The position numbers were made by a program, and so were the translations under genes. DNA of 63,500 nucleotides, the filler included, from Chiloscyllium plagiosum (lineage: Eukaryota): NCBI RefSeq assembly GCF_004010195.1. It is 7 parts of 7 records of this genome, joined end to end, with 100 filler letters (N's around TTAATTAATTAA, not from the genome) between each part and the next. Parts side by side here need not be neighbours in the genome. Positions count along the whole stretch, not along the records: positions 18,930 to 43,730 come from NC_057711.1; positions 43,831 to 46,441 come from NW_025182944.1; positions 46,542 to 57,033 come from NW_025214852.1; 4 more parts are not named here. The stretch is one strand, 5' to 3'. The first letter of the stretch is position 1; each line of letters begins with the position of its first letter. Of the stretch, positions 35,830 to 49,249 are shown piece by piece. A model generated the notes under the pieces. It saw only the letters and a list, made by a program, of their open reading frames with translations, was not told the origin of the DNA and ran no database searches.

Positions 35830-36630
35830 CAAAAGTGAGGACTGCAGATGCTGGAAACCAGAGTTTAGATTAGAGTGGCGCTGGAAAAGCACAGTAGGTC
35901 AGGCAGCATCTGAGGAGCAGGAAAATCGACATTTCGGGCAAAAGCCCTTCATCAGGAATAGAGCCAGGGAGCCTCCGGGGTGGAGGGATAAATGGCGGNN
36001 NNNNNNNNNNNNNNNNNNNNNNNNNNNNNNNNNNNNNNNNNNNNNNNNNNNNNNNNNNNNNNNNNNNNNNNNNNNNNNNNNNNNNNNNNNNNNNNNNNNN
36101 NNNNNNNNNNNNNNNNNNNNNNNNNNNNNNNNNNNNNNNNNNNNNNNNNNNNNNNNNNNNNNNNNNNNNNNNNNNNNNNNNNNNNNNNNNNNNNNNNNNN
36201 NNNNNNNNNNNNNNNNNNNNNNNNNNNNNNNNNNNNNNNNNNNNNNNNNNNNNNNNNNNNNNNNNNNNNNNNNNNNNNNNNNNNNNNNNNNNNNNNNNNN
36301 NNNNNNNNNNNNNNNNNNNNNNNNNNNNNNNNNNNNNNNNNNNNNNGGTCAGAAGGGAGGGTGGGGGAAGGTAGCAAAGAGTACAATGGGTGAATGGGGG
36401 TGGGGATGGAGGTGATAGGTCAGAGGGGAGGGTGGAGGAAGGTAGCAAAGTGTATAATAGGTGAATGGGGGTGGGGATGGAGGTGATAGGTCAGAGAGGA
36501 GGGTGGCGCGGATAGGTGGGAAGGGAGATTGACAGGTGGGACAGGTCATGTGGACAGTGCTGAGCTGGAAGGTTGGAACTGGGGTAAGGTGGCGGGGAGG
36601 GGAAATGAGGAAACTGGTGAAGTCCACATT
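35830..36630 (-). mobile_element. Penelope-like 3' region with hammerhead motif and internal ~72-nt tandem repeat
   Basis: Family A motif on the minus strand at about 35925-35960 (GAAAT variant). A purine-rich tandem lies at 36349-36510, and the copy is interrupted by a gap. Confidence 0.6.
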
Positions 36631-37366
36631 AGGAGCAGGAGTAGGCCATTTGGCCCTTCGAGCCTGCTCCGCCATTCAACAAGATCATGGTTGATCTTTT
36701 CGAGGACTCAGCTCCTCTTTCCAGCCTTCTCACCATTACCCTTAATTACTTTACTCTTCAAAATCTATCACTGCCTTAAAAACATTCAACCAGCCTCAAC
36801 TGCTTCACTGGGCAGGGAATTCCACAGATTACAACCCTTTGGGTGAAGACGTTCCTCCTCAACTGAGTCCTAAATCTGCACCCCTTTCCCCCTCCCCCCC
36901 CCCCCACCCACCACTCAGTTTGAGGTTATGCCCCGTAGTCTGGTCCTGTCAGAATTTTATTGTTTCTCTCTCATTCTTGTAACTTCCAGAGAATATAATC
37001 CAAAATTGTCTAATCTTGGTTATCACGATAATGACAGCAAAAAGTAAAAGCATCACACCTCTAGCCGACAGTGGCAAAATGAGAGTTACCACCCTGTGTT
37101 AACTGTAGTATTGATTTGGACCCTGTCAGACATAGTTTTGTTCAGTGCAGGACACCAGATCTCAGGAAAGATATACCATTGTGGGATGCCAAGCAGATTT
37201 GTTAGAATGATATTTAGCTCCAAAGGATTAAGGGGAGTAGTTGCATAATCCAAGCTTGTTTAGCCTCAAGTGTAGAACTTAATCTTGAATGTATGGCCAT
37301 AGGAGAGAACTGAAAATGTGTTGCTGGAAAAGCGCAGCAGGTCAGGCAGCATCCAAGGAACAGGAG

Positions 37367-37402
37367 AATCGACGTTTCGGGCATAAGCCCTTCTTCAGGA
37401 AT
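37367..37402 (-). ncRNA. Minimal hammerhead ribozyme motif (family A), core intact
   Basis: The minus strand reads ATTC-CTGAAGA-A-GGGC-TTAT-GCCC-GAAA-C-GTC-GATT. Confidence 0.65.
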
Positions 37403-40400
37403 GAGGAAAGTGTGTCCAGCAGGCTAAGATAAAAGGTAGGGAGGAGGGACTTGGGGGAGGGGCATTGGAAATGCGATAGGTGGAAAGAGGTCGAAGGTGA
37501 GGGTGATAGGTCAGAGTGGGGTGGGGGCGGAGAGGTCAGGAAGACCTGCTTATCTTAGCCTGCTGGACACACTTTCCTCATTCCTGAAGAAGGGCTCATG
37601 CCCAAAACNNNNNNNNNNNNNNNNNNNNNNNNNNNNNNNNNNNNNNNNNNNNNNNNNNNNNNNNNNNNNNNNNNNNNNNNNNNNNNNNNNNNNNNNNNNN
37701 NNNNNNNNNNNNNNNNNNNNNNNNNNNNNNNNNNNNNNNNNNNNNNNNNNNNNNNNNNNNNNNNNNNNNNNNNNNNNNNNNNNNNNNNNNNNNNNNNNNN
37801 NNNNNNNNNNNNNNNNNNNNNNNNNNNNNNNNNNNNNNNNNNNNNNNNNNNNNNNNNNNNNNNNNNNNNNNNNNNNNNNNNNNNNNNNNNNNNNNNNNNN
37901 NNNNNNNNNNNNNNNNNNNNNNNNNNNNNNNNNNNNNNNNNNNNNNNNNNNNNNNNNNNNNNNNNNNNNNNNNNNNNNNNNNNNNNNNNNNNNNNNNNNN
38001 NNNNNNNNNNNNNNNNNNNNNNNNNNNNNNNNNNNNNNNNNNNNNNNNNNNNNNNNNNNNNNNNNNNNNNNNNNNNNNNNNNNNNNNNNNNNNNNNNNNN
38101 NNNNNNNNNNNNNNNNNNNNNNNNNNNNNNNNNNNNNNNNNNNNNNNNNNNNNNNNNNNNNNNNNNNNNNNNNNNNNNTGAGAAAGACAAAGAAAGAAAT
38201 GTAGGATTAAAAGAAAGGGAAATAATGAGACAAGGATAAAGATAAATAATTAAATAGGACAAGAGGAAGAAGGGCTGACATAGAAAGAGAGAGACAGTTG
38301 GTGAGACAGGGAAAGAGAGAGAAAATGAGAGAGGGAAAATGAACAGGAAGGAGGAGAAGGAGACTGAGGGAGAGCCTGAGTGAGAGAGAAAATTGAAATC
38401 AAGAGCATTGGAGGGATATGGGCCGGGTGCTGGCAGGTGGGACTAGATTGGGTTGGGATATCTGGTCGGCATGGACAGGTTGGACCGAAGGGTCTGTTTC
38501 CATGCTGCACATCTCTGTGACTCTATGACTCTAAATCAGATTTGATGAACTTCTTGAAGTGTTTTGAGGAAGGAACAGACCATGTGAAGAAATGGGAACC
38601 TGTCGGTGTGATGTAGCTGTATTTCCAGGGGTTTAAGTTTAATGTCAAAGCTGGTTCCAGGTGGCACAAAAAGGAGAAAGGCAACTCACATCAGTCTCTA
38701 GCAACAGGAAGTAGCTGCCTGTCTAATGTTGGCAGTGCCCGGATGTAAAATGAGGAAGCCCACAAAACAGAATAAAATGACCTGATTTTATTTTCTCCTG
38801 TCAGCCACATGTCCTGCAGCCTCCCAACTCTTCCTCAGCCTTCCTATCATTCCTGAGCAGAAAGGAGGCTGCTTTCCATCTTCCTCCCTATCTTTGCATC
38901 ATCTGTCCATTTAGCTGGCACACCTTTGATCCCCTCATCTTTGTCACTGATATCAGTTGTAAAAGGTTGAGTGCCCAGTACAAATCCCTGTGGGACCCTG
39001 TCCATCACAACCTGCCAATCTGAAAAAAAAACAACCATCTATGCACGCTGTCTGTATCCTGCCAGCCAGCCAATCTTCTACCCTTGTTGGTATGTTACCC
39101 TTACACCATGGGTTTCTAGAACAACAAAGAACAAACCACAACACAGCACAGGAACAGCCCTCCAGGCCTGCACCAACACATTTTATCCTTCCATTCTAAA
39201 ACTGTCTTCCCTTCCAGGATCCGTATCCCTCTATTCCCTCTCTATTCATGTATTCCTCCAGGTGCTTCTTGAATGCAGCTATTGTGTCTGCTTCCACCAC
39301 CTCCTGTGGCAGCATGTTCCAGACACTCACTTTCACCCTTTGTGTGACAAACTTGCCTCACACATCTCTTTTAAATTTCCCCCTGTCACACTTTGAACCT
39401 GTATCCCCTAGTAACTGACCTTCCACCCTGGGAAAAAGCCTCATACTTGCCAATCTATCTATGCCATTCACAATGATACAAACTTCTATCAGGTCACTCC
39501 TCAACCTCCTGTGTTTCAATGAAAATATACCCAGTCTAGCCAACCTTTCTTCATAGCTAAAATCCCTCATACCAGGCAATATCCAGGCAAGCCTTTTCTG
39601 TATCCTCTCCAAAGCATCCACATCCTTCTAGTAGTGTGGCCTAACTAAAGTTCTATAAAGCTGCAGCAAAACTTGCCTATACCTATCCTGGATGCACTCC
39701 TACATTCAACAATAATCTTTTCTATGAAACTATATCAAGTGCTTTCTAAATCAACAGTAAAGTACAAACTCAATGGGCCAAAGGGTCTCTACTGTTTGAT
39801 TCTATAACAGATTCCCTTTCAACTACAGAGCACATTATTCCTTCAAAGAATTCCAATCTAAACTATAATTCCTGAAGAGAAAAGTCTTTTTTTTAACAGG
39901 CCTGAATTTTTTTACAGTTTATAAAAATGAGCGAATCTCTTTAATTGGTTAATTTCTTGAGTATATATGTGCAATATGTGATTGACATCGCAGTTAGACT
40001 TTCACAGTGAACTTGCGAATATATAGTCTCTTTGTTTAAACTCATGAAACCTTGCTGCTGTGATTAAATTGAGCACACACTCACATCTTATTTCTCCCAA
40101 AACACACTGACTATGGACAGAGAGGGGAAGATTACAAGTGTTTTGGTTCTCTTCTGACACTCTCCCATTTTAGGGTAGCATGTTAGCAATAGAGAGAGAG
40201 TCTTGGTTGGCAGTCAGGAAACAGAGAGGAGGCAGAAATACAAACAGAAATTTCTGGGAAAACTCAGCAGATCTGGCAGCATGTGTGGAGAGAAAGCAGT
40301 GCTAACATTTCGAACACAGTGACCTTTCTTCAGAATGGCAGAAATGAATGATTTTCAATTGACAAGGTGTAGTGAGTGATGCGCTACAGGAACCAGGGCG

Positions 40401-42974
40401 GGGGTTTTATCAATTGCAGTTTATATAAACAAATAGAGTCATAGAATCATAGAGATGTACAGCATGGAAACAGACCCTTCAGTCCAATCCATCCATGTCG
40501 ACCAGATAACCCAATCTAGTCCCACCTGCCAGCACCCGGCCCATATCCCTCCAAACTCTTCCTATTCATTTACCCATCCAAATGCCTTGTAAATGTTGAA
40601 ATTGTACCAGCCTCCACCACATCCTCTGGCAACTCATTCCTGGTTTGCTAAATTTACTGATGTCACAAAGGAATACAGTAAAGGAAAATAAGTTACAAAG
40701 AGGATATAAGGAGTCTGCAAGGGGAATCTGTTAGGTTCAATAAACAGGCACAAATGTATATTTGTGAGTATATTGTGAGAAAATAACAACTTGCCCAGTT
40801 TGGCAGGCAGAAATTTAAAAAGAATAATGTGACTTAAATGGAGAGAGATCACTAAACTGTGAGGTACAGAGGGATCTGGATCTCCCGATAGGGGAATCGC
40901 AGGAGTTTAATCTACAGTTTCAGCAAGTAATAGTGAAGCAAATGGAATATTGTCATTTATTGTGAAGAGGATAGGGTGTAAAAGAGGGAATATTGTGCTG
41001 TACATAGGGCTATTGAGGTCCTGAGTGCATTAATCTGCCCAAATGTTTCAGTTTAATCCAGACCTTGCCTGTAAAAGTAGGCAAAATATGAGGCCGTTCC
41101 ATCTATATTGAGCCTATCCTGTGATCTTGCTGACACTTTACAGGCTGCAATTCACTCCAAACAACTACAAGACCTCCTAGATATGTATGGAGATGCCATT
41201 GATTTCAAATACATCCCACGTTCCTCAAATTCAATCTACAAACCCTCAGCTGCTCCTTTAAACACTCTGCAGACAGTATGACCCTGTTCAGCCACACTCT
41301 AAATCACTATTGACCTGGTCTCACTCCTTTTATATGATTTAGTTATTTGTATTTGGTTGGGTGTCTGTTGTCCAGATCCATTACTCTGGCAAATCTCCTG
41401 CTCTCCCCTGACGCCTGGTGACATGGACAGTGTACTATCATTCCTGATGAAGAGGTTATGCCCAAAACGTCAACGCTCCTGCTCCTTGGATGCTGCCTGA
41501 CTGGCTATGCTTTTCCAGCACCACATTTTTCGACAGTGCAGTATTAGTGCCATTTTCCCAGAGCAGGATCAATGCCTGGTTACATAGTGGGAGATTGTGT
41601 GCCTTTGTGTCTTCAGCATCACCTCTCCTCAGCTGGGAGGGACAGTGATGACAGGGAAATGTCACTGAACCATTGACCCAGCTTAATGTGGAGGGGACAA
41701 GGGTTCAAATCTCTCTGATGGCCAACTGATGAAATTTAAAGTGAATTAATCAATTCCATGAAATGGTGACTGCGAAACAATCATCAATTGTTATAAAAAC
41801 CCATTTGTTTAGGGAATAAAATCCTTACCTGATCTGACCTACATGTGACTCCAGACCCACAGCAATGTGGTTGACTCTTAACTTCCCTCTGAAGTGGCCT
41901 AGAAAGCCACTGGTTCATGGGCAAATAGGGAAGAGCAACAGATGTTGGCCTTGCTAGAAACAACCACACCCTGATATACTGCTTCAAACCAGTTGGGTTT
42001 CTGCCGTTCCTGGGGTTGGGGCTAGCCTGACAATCCGTGCGGGGCAGGGGAGTTGGGGCAAGGGTTTGGTGGAGATCATGTGATGGCAACCTCCAGTGAT
42101 ACATACATCCAGAACCATTCTTCATAGCAACACAAGATAGACTTGGTGTCAACTGGCAAACTCCTTTGGTGACTAATGCCCATCCAAAGCATCCAGACCT
42201 GCCTCCGATCCCCTTCCAGTTTAGGAGAGTTGGTTGCCAATTGGAAGTGGCTCATTTATTACCTTTAATTCAAAATGAAAGGTGTATAAAAACAGGGAGA
42301 TTTTGGTACATCTGTACAAGCACTATTTGGACCACAGCAGGGATTTTGGTCCCCTTACCTAAGGAGAAACTCAGCAGATCTGGCAGAATCTGTAGGGAGA
42401 GAAACAGAGGTAACATTCAATGCCCAGTATGACTCTCCTTCAGAACCATTCATTACGTCTTCCCTCTCTTTTCCCCCTCTCCTCGCCCATTGACCTCCCC
42501 TCTCATCTCCATCTTTACTTCCCTTCATCCCTTATCATGGTCTCCAGTTTACAGAGTGATTTGTCTACTGCTGCAAATTCTCCATATCGCTGTCCTGATG
42601 CCCCTTTACCCATGATCTCTGACAGTGAGTAGAATAGAGGCTCTGGCCTTGCCCTGCTCTGTCCCGTTGGATACTTCTGTTTGCTCTCAGCAGGGTCCAT
42701 GTGCAGCAATCAATTCTTTTTATTCCTGAAGATGAGAGATGGCTCCTTCTTCACTTATTCTCAACATTTACTACTCGGTCCTGGTTGCCCCTGGAGAAGA
42801 TGGTGGTGAGATGCCTTCTTGAACCCCTGTAGTTCACATGTTTTAGGTGGACCCACAATGTCTTTAGTGAGGGAAGTCCAGGGTTTTGACCCAGCCAAGG
42901 TGAAGGAACCGCAATATGTTTCCAAGTCAGGATGGTAAGTTTTTTGAAGGGGAACTTACAGGGGATGGTGTTCA

Positions 42975-43730
42975 TGCCCATTATCAAGGAAGAAATAGCA
43001 AGGCATCGCGATAGAAATTGTCCCATTGGGCAGATGCAGCATGGGTTCATGAAGGGCAGGTCATGGTCAACTAATTATTTGGAATTCTATGAAGACATTG
43101 CGAGCACCGTGGACAATGGGGATCCAGTAGATGTGGTGTACCTAGATTTCCAATAGGCCTTCTACAAGATGCTGCATAAGAGGCTGCTGCATAAGATAAA
43201 GATGTATGGTATTATGGGTAAAATATTATCATGGATAGAGGATTGGTTAACTAACAGAAAGCAAAGTGTGGGGATAAATGAATGCTATTCTGGTTGGCAA
43301 TCAGTAACTAATGGTGTGCCTCAGGGATCAGTGTTGGGACTACAATTATTCACAATTGACAAAGATGATTTAGAGTTGGGGACCACATGTAGTGTGTCAA
43401 AGTTTGCAGATTACACTAAGATGAGTTGCAGAGCATCTTAAAGGTGTGCAGAGGTCTGTGAAACATTGCAGAGGAACATAGATACTTTAACTGTGTGGCA
43501 AAGTTCTGGCAGATGGAGTTCAATGTTAATAAATGTGAAGTCATCCATTTTGGTAGGAGTAACAGTAAAAAGGACTATTACTTGATTGGTAAAAAGTCGC
43601 AGCTTGCTGCTGTGCAGAGGGGCCTGGGTGTCCTTGTGCATGAATCACAGAAGGTTGGTCAGCAGTTACCATAGATAATTAGGAAGGCAAATGGAATTTT
43701 GTCCTTCATTGCTAAAGGGGTTGAGTTTAA
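42975..43730 (+). mobile_element. CR1 LINE RT fragment
   Basis: Peptides QHGFMKGRS...VDVVYLDFQ and GVPQGSVLGLQLF...SKFADYTK. Confidence 0.9.
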
Positions 43731-43830
43731 NNNNNNNNNNNNNNNNNNNNNNNNNNNNNNNNNNNNNNNNNNNNTTAATTAATTAANNNNNNNNNNNNNN
43801 NNNNNNNNNNNNNNNNNNNNNNNNNNNNNN

Positions 43831-44400
43831 CTCTGAATTTGTGTGTTCGTGTGATATTGTATATATGCTGATCAATGTGGTTTAAAAATAACTAATTAAG
43901 CTGCCTCTGTTATCGTATGTTTGTAATTCTGAAAATGGGAAAATAATGATATTAATATTTATCTCTGTGCACTTACGTGCCAGTGTGAGTTGACATGTGG
44001 GAGGACATTTTTCCGAATTTGTATCTGTGTTCATGCGTTTATGTCTGTACGTATTGTGCTGTATGAATGTATATGCATTTATGCCCATTTGTGTGTTACC
44101 GTGTGTCTATGTTTCTCATGGTTATGTGTGAGTACCCCTGTTCATTTGTGCAAATGATTTTCTTTCGGTGTATGTGAGTTGTTGTATGAGCTTAGGTGAG
44201 TGTTCAAGCCACACAGGTGTGTGGCTCTGTGCGAGTATGCGTGTGTGACATCTTATCTATATGCACATTTGAGTGTGCACATAAATATGTGTCTTTAGGT
44301 GAGAGCCCGTATATGTGTCATTACGTGTGTATTTGCGATCATCTCTCTGCATCTGTTCTTATACCAGACTGCAATTTTTATTATTCGTATTTATTGTTCT
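43831..44400. repeat. TG-rich low-complexity region
   Basis: Degenerate (TG)n/TATG runs downstream of the secretory poly(A) site. Confidence 0.6.
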
Positions 44401-45471
44401 AATTTTAATGGATTGCCCATGATTAGATTTGACCTTGGTGTTGTAGAAAACACTTCCCATCGTCGTGGAGAGATAAGCGTTTAATGAGCAACTTTCTGTT
44501 GCAGTGATACAATTTCTGTCTCGGAGAGAAAAGGCGTGAGTTCAAATTCCCACCGATAACATTTCTGAATATGTTTATTAGAAAATTTCTACTTGTTTTC
44601 TGTATGTGAAACAAAATGATATCAGGTATTCGAATACCAGAATTGATCCCATGTGCTCCAGGAAACTGAGACGAAACTATGGAATCGAAACCGAGACGAT
44701 GCAAACACCAGTTTTGGATTATGGGAATCAATGTTAATCATTTGTTAACAGAGCCAAGCGTGTCCAACATGCTTCAAAGGTATTATTTTGCATGGAAATG
44801 TTAAATCTTTGGACAGGAAGCAAGAAGCTGACTGTTCCTGTTAGTAACTGGGTTACATTACAGAGGACATCTACCATGAAAACTCTGCACAGGGAGCAAG
44901 AGGACAGACCATTAAACGTTCCCCTCCCCTCTGCTCCACAACAACTTATCTGTCGATTTTCTTTGGTGTGAAAGTGAAGATACATTCTGTCAACTCATGC
45001 GCTGGTGCAAGATCCCTGGCAGTTCTCCAGAAACAAAGGTTGCATTCAAACCGTTCTGCACTCTTTACGATTGGTATGTTCCAATCAAATTTAATTTTAA
45101 AATGTCCTAAATTAACATTTCCAATTGGTGCAATGTGGCAGTTTAAAACTGACATGAATTTTGTAAGAATGTCCAATCAGGGGAATCAAGAACACCAAGT
45201 TCAAAACTCGTGCTCTACCCTTGACATAAAATGGACATTGTCAGATTTTGTCACAGAGGGATTTAGGATGGATAAGGTACTTGGCGGAATCCTGCAATGA
45301 GTGAGCTTTACTCTGTCTCTGATCCAGGATGTATCTGAGCAGAGAACATTAACTGCACATTACCTCGTCCTAGACCTGTTAATAATCCACTTTAACTACA
45401 CAGATGCAATGTAAGTCAGAGTGAGAAACAACTGATTCAGTATTTAACTCACAACTATAGGAAAAAAAAAC

Positions 45472-45477
45472 TTTATT
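45472..45477 (-). terminator. Poly(A) signal for secretory IgM
   Basis: AATAAA on the minus strand, 36 nt after the stop codon. Confidence 0.8.
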
Positions 45478-45513
45478 ACTTTTGTTGAATTATTAAATGC
45501 AACTTTGAGATTT

Positions 45514-45905
45514 TTATTGACATGAATTAACAGTGTCCATCAGTGCAAGTGAAATGTTTACGAAACTCGGTTTACCGCTGGATATATCGACTGTTCTGTT
45601 GATGATCTTCAATGGAATCGCTTCATGTCCCACCACACAGGAGTAAGAAGCACCGCTGGCCCACTCCTCCGCTGTAATGGATAACAGGCTGTAGATGAAG
45701 AAGGAGGTGTTGTCGCTCTCCGCCATCACCTCGGTGTTCTCGTAGTTACTGGGATTCACCAGCTTGTCATTGTTTGTCCACTTGACGAAGATCTCTCGGG
45801 GGGAGAAACCTCTCACTAAACAGGTGAGGGAGAGAAACCTCTGAGCGGAGATTTCTTCTGTTGGTGGAAGGAGGACCGACACTGATGGTTCCAGCGGATT
45901 AATCA
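45514..45905 (-). CDS. IGHM: IgM Cmu4 exon plus secretory tailpiece
   Basis: (V)[42 protein letters not shown]...[43 protein letters not shown]. It has the internal G/GTAAAC donor for the membrane form (45576/45575), the tailpiece NIS sequon and the penultimate Cys. Confidence 0.96.
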
Positions 45906-46377
45906 CTGCAGAATATTGGAGACAAATATAAATCAACCAAAACATCCTGAACCAATATCACAATTTCACTAAATATTAAGAGAAGCCATTTTAAGTTTGG
46001 GATTTATTCACTTTTGTTTTCTAAAGGAGCAGTATGGTTCAGTCTGCTCCTTTAGAAAACATTCTGTTCAGTAAAAAAAAGAAAGTTTAATGTGAAAGTT
46101 GCCTCCATGTTTCCAGCCCACAACAAGGGCATTCTGTCCAACTGTCATTGCTGATGGTGACGTCACAACCCAGGCTTCTTCCCACTATATCTGACTTAAT
46201 AAGAACACAATATCCTTTGGTCCATCTTTTTCTTAATCAGCTACTTAGTTATCCTGCCTTCAGATGCATCATTAATGCCCCCAATGGTGTTTGTTCATTA
46301 CCAATCAAAGCCTTCCATTGATGTAACTGGATCTGGATTACAAATGGGATCTTTTGTGTTTTAATCTCACCGCTCAC

Positions 46378-46441
46378 CTTTCTCCTTGTGGATGGAGTCT
46401 CTCAGCGCAGTCGGCAGATTCTGATGGTACACCACACATTC
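46378..46441 (-). CDS. IGHM: IgM Cmu3 exon, 3' end (cut by the contig edge)
   Basis: ECVVYHQNLPTALRDSIHKEK followed by a G/GTGAGC donor. It splices in frame to Cmu4 (G|TG = Val). Confidence 0.9.
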
Positions 46442-46541
46442 NNNNNNNNNNNNNNNNNNNNNNNNNNNNNNNNNNNNNNNNNNNNTTAATTAATTAANNN
46501 NNNNNNNNNNNNNNNNNNNNNNNNNNNNNNNNNNNNNNNNN

Positions 46542-46930
46542 TGGTGGAGGTACAGGTAAATTTCTGTCAGATGTAGAAGGATCCTTTGGGGCCTTGGACA
46601 GAGGTGAGGGGAGTGGTGTGGGCACAAGTTTTGCATTTCCTGCAGTGGCAGGTGAAGGTGCTGGGAGTGGGGTGTGGGCTGGTGGGGAGGCACGGACCTG
46701 ACAAGGGAGTCGTGGAGGGAATGGGAAGCTTCCAACTCTGCTACCTACCCCCCAACCCTAGCCTGCTCCCATTTATCTCTCAGCCCCCAGACCACAAGCC
46801 TCATTCCTGATGAAGGGCTTATGCTCAAAATGTCGATTTTCCTGCTCCTCGAATGCTGCCTGACCGGCTATGCTTTTCCAGCACCACACTGTTGTGTGAT
46901 CTCCAGTGTCTGCAGTCCCCACTTTCTCCT
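46542..46930. mobile_element. Penelope-like fragment (Cys-rich linker) adjoining a family A hammerhead-type tail
   Basis: The minus strand encodes HSLHDSLVRS..STFTCHCRKCKTCAHT..VQGPK..FTCTS, typical of the PLE linker before the GIY-YIG domain. A plus-strand tail with CTGATGAAGGGCTTATGCTC lies at about 46807. Confidence 0.65.
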
Positions 46931-48920
46931 TCCCTCCATCATCAGGTCATAAGTGGGGATATTCACCAATGATTGGACAATATTCAGCACCATTTGCTGC
47001 TCCTCACATACTGAAGCAGTCCATGTTCATATACAAGAAGATCTGGATAATATCAGGCTTGGGCTGACAAGTGACAAGTAACATTGATGCCAAATAACTG
47101 CTAGGCTATGACCATCTCCAATAACAGACAATCTAACCATCGCGCTTTGAAATTCAATAGTATTAGAACCACTAAATACCCCCACCATCTGCATCCTGAG
47201 GAGTTACCACTGAGCAGAAACTCATTTGAACTCGCCACATAAACAATGACAATGACTACAAGAGCAATTCAGAGGCTAGGCATAGCAATGGTCTAGTGAT
47301 ATTAATCCAGAGACCCAGGTAATGTCCTGGGGATCCAGGTTCAAATCCTGCCACAGCATATGGTGGAATTTGAACTTAATTTTTTAAAAAAATGGAATTA
47401 AGAACCTAATGATGACCATGAAACCATCGTTGATTGTCAGGAAAAAGCCATCTGATTCCCTAATGTCCTTTAGGGAAGGAAACTGCCATCCTTCCCATGT
47501 GACACCAGACCCACAACAATCGTTGACTCTAAAATGCCCTCTGGGGATTAGGGATGGGCAAGAAATGTTGCTGATCCAGCAATGCCCTCATTCCATCAAG
47601 GGAAAAAGAAGAACTGTTTATCCCATGTGTCTTCTTAACCACTTTACTGACCCGCATTCATTAATCACCATGGCCACATCTTCCACCTGCACACACATCT
47701 GACTTCCAACCCCAAGCTGATGAGAGACATTCCTTCATTATCTGCGAAACAGACAGAAACATCAAACACAGGAGCAGCAGTAGGCTATTCGGCCCCTCAA
47801 GCCTGCTCCACCATTCAATATGATCATGGCTGATCATCCAACACAGTCCCCTGTTCCTGCTTTCTCCCCACATTCTTTGATCCCTTGAATCTTAAGAACT
47901 GTATCTAATTCTTTATTGAACACATACTGCATCTAATTCCCTCATGCTGGTAAATTGATGAGAATTATTGAGTTGGTTTTTGACACAAGGATCCGTTGGG
48001 CCTTTTGGGTCTCTCTGACTCTGACTCTATTATTACATATTATGAATAACTGGGTTCCAAGGACTGATCCCTGTGGTACCCCAACTGGTAAATATCTGCC
48101 ATTCAGAAAAAAAGACTTGTTCTTCCTATCCTGTCTGCCAACCAGTTCTCAATCCATGTCAATACATGACACCCAATCCTCTTGTTTGTTGGCATTTCTT
48201 TGATTCAGTTGGACATATTTAATCCTGTCTTCGCCTTCCTCAGGTCCTGTTCAATGTTACCCCTGCATTTTTGATTCTCCTCTGGGTTTTCTGCAGGTTT
48301 GAATTCCAGATAACCAACATCACCTTCCCTGTTTTGTCTTCCCTACTCTGGCTGCCTTTTGACATCCCAGGCTGAGAGTCTAGATTTGGGAGTCCCACCC
48401 TTACTCCTTGTGGGAACAGATTGTGAACAATTGCTGTCTTTTCTTTTGAGGGATTCCACTGCCCTGACACTGATTTCCCATCATGTCGTTGGTTCCAGTC
48501 CACTTTTACTAAATCATCGCACAGTTTAGTAAAATAGTTCATTCCCAAGTGAAAACTTTACCACTTGCTGCATGGTTCTCCATTTCCATCCCTACTCTCA
48601 ATCTCACTGAGTTCTGATCACTGTCATTAAACTACTCCCCCATTGAGAGCCCTTTCAGCTGCCCATATTCATTCCCTAAACAAGAGTCCAGAACTGTTCC
48701 TTGTCTTTCCCCATCACTTCTCGAGGTAATTAGGGATGAGAAATAAATGCAGGCCCTGCTCGTGTCACTCACTTCCAAGAAGCAATTTAAACAGTAGCTG
48801 TTTTTTTGTCGGGTTTGTTAGGTATTGGAAACAAATGTTCAAACATTTTACCAGTGAATGCTATGAGAGTTGAAGTTTCTTCAAATGGCAGGGATTAAAA
48901 TTGTTTCTTTTGTCTTTCAG

Positions 48921-49249
48921 GCCGTGAGAACTCTCAGCCCAAGATGACCCTGCTGCCCCCGTACCCAGAGCAGGTCAATGCCAAGGGCACTGCCACCCTG
49001 GTGTGCCTTGCCAATCACTTCTATCCCGATGAGCTGGAGGTGCAGTGGAAGAAGGACGGTGCAGTCATTTCGGACGGGGTTCAGACCAGCAACTACCTGC
49101 GAGCTTCGGACAGCACCTACAGTGTCAGCAGCCTGCTGACCCTCTCTGGGTCTGACTGGGAGTCCAACGCTCGCGTCTCCTGTGCCCTCACCCACGTGAC
49201 CCTCCCCTCGCCCCTCAGCAAGAGCATCAGGAGATCAGAATGTGTGTAG
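48921..49249 (+). CDS. IGKC: Ig kappa-type (NS4) light-chain constant exon, copy 2
   Basis: Same acceptor context and the same 329-nt length as copy 1, with 10 nt differences by manual comparison. It ends in SECV*. ATTAAA at 49774-49779. Confidence 0.96.

Noticed and set aside
37012-37053. Signal-peptide exon of the Siglec-like gene (minus strand MLLLFAVIIVITK)
   Set aside because: It is hydrophobic but has no phase-1 GT donor and runs into a CR1 fragment, so it is not supportable.
43831-45470. IgM transmembrane exons
   Set aside because: No W-T-T-A-S-T-F / VKVK-type peptide was seen on the minus strand. These exons probably lie beyond the contig.
16622-46441. A single IgM gene from Cmu1 to Cmu4 with the Siglec-like gene nested inside
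   Set aside because: The exons are on opposite strands and on different contigs, and Cmu2 is absent.
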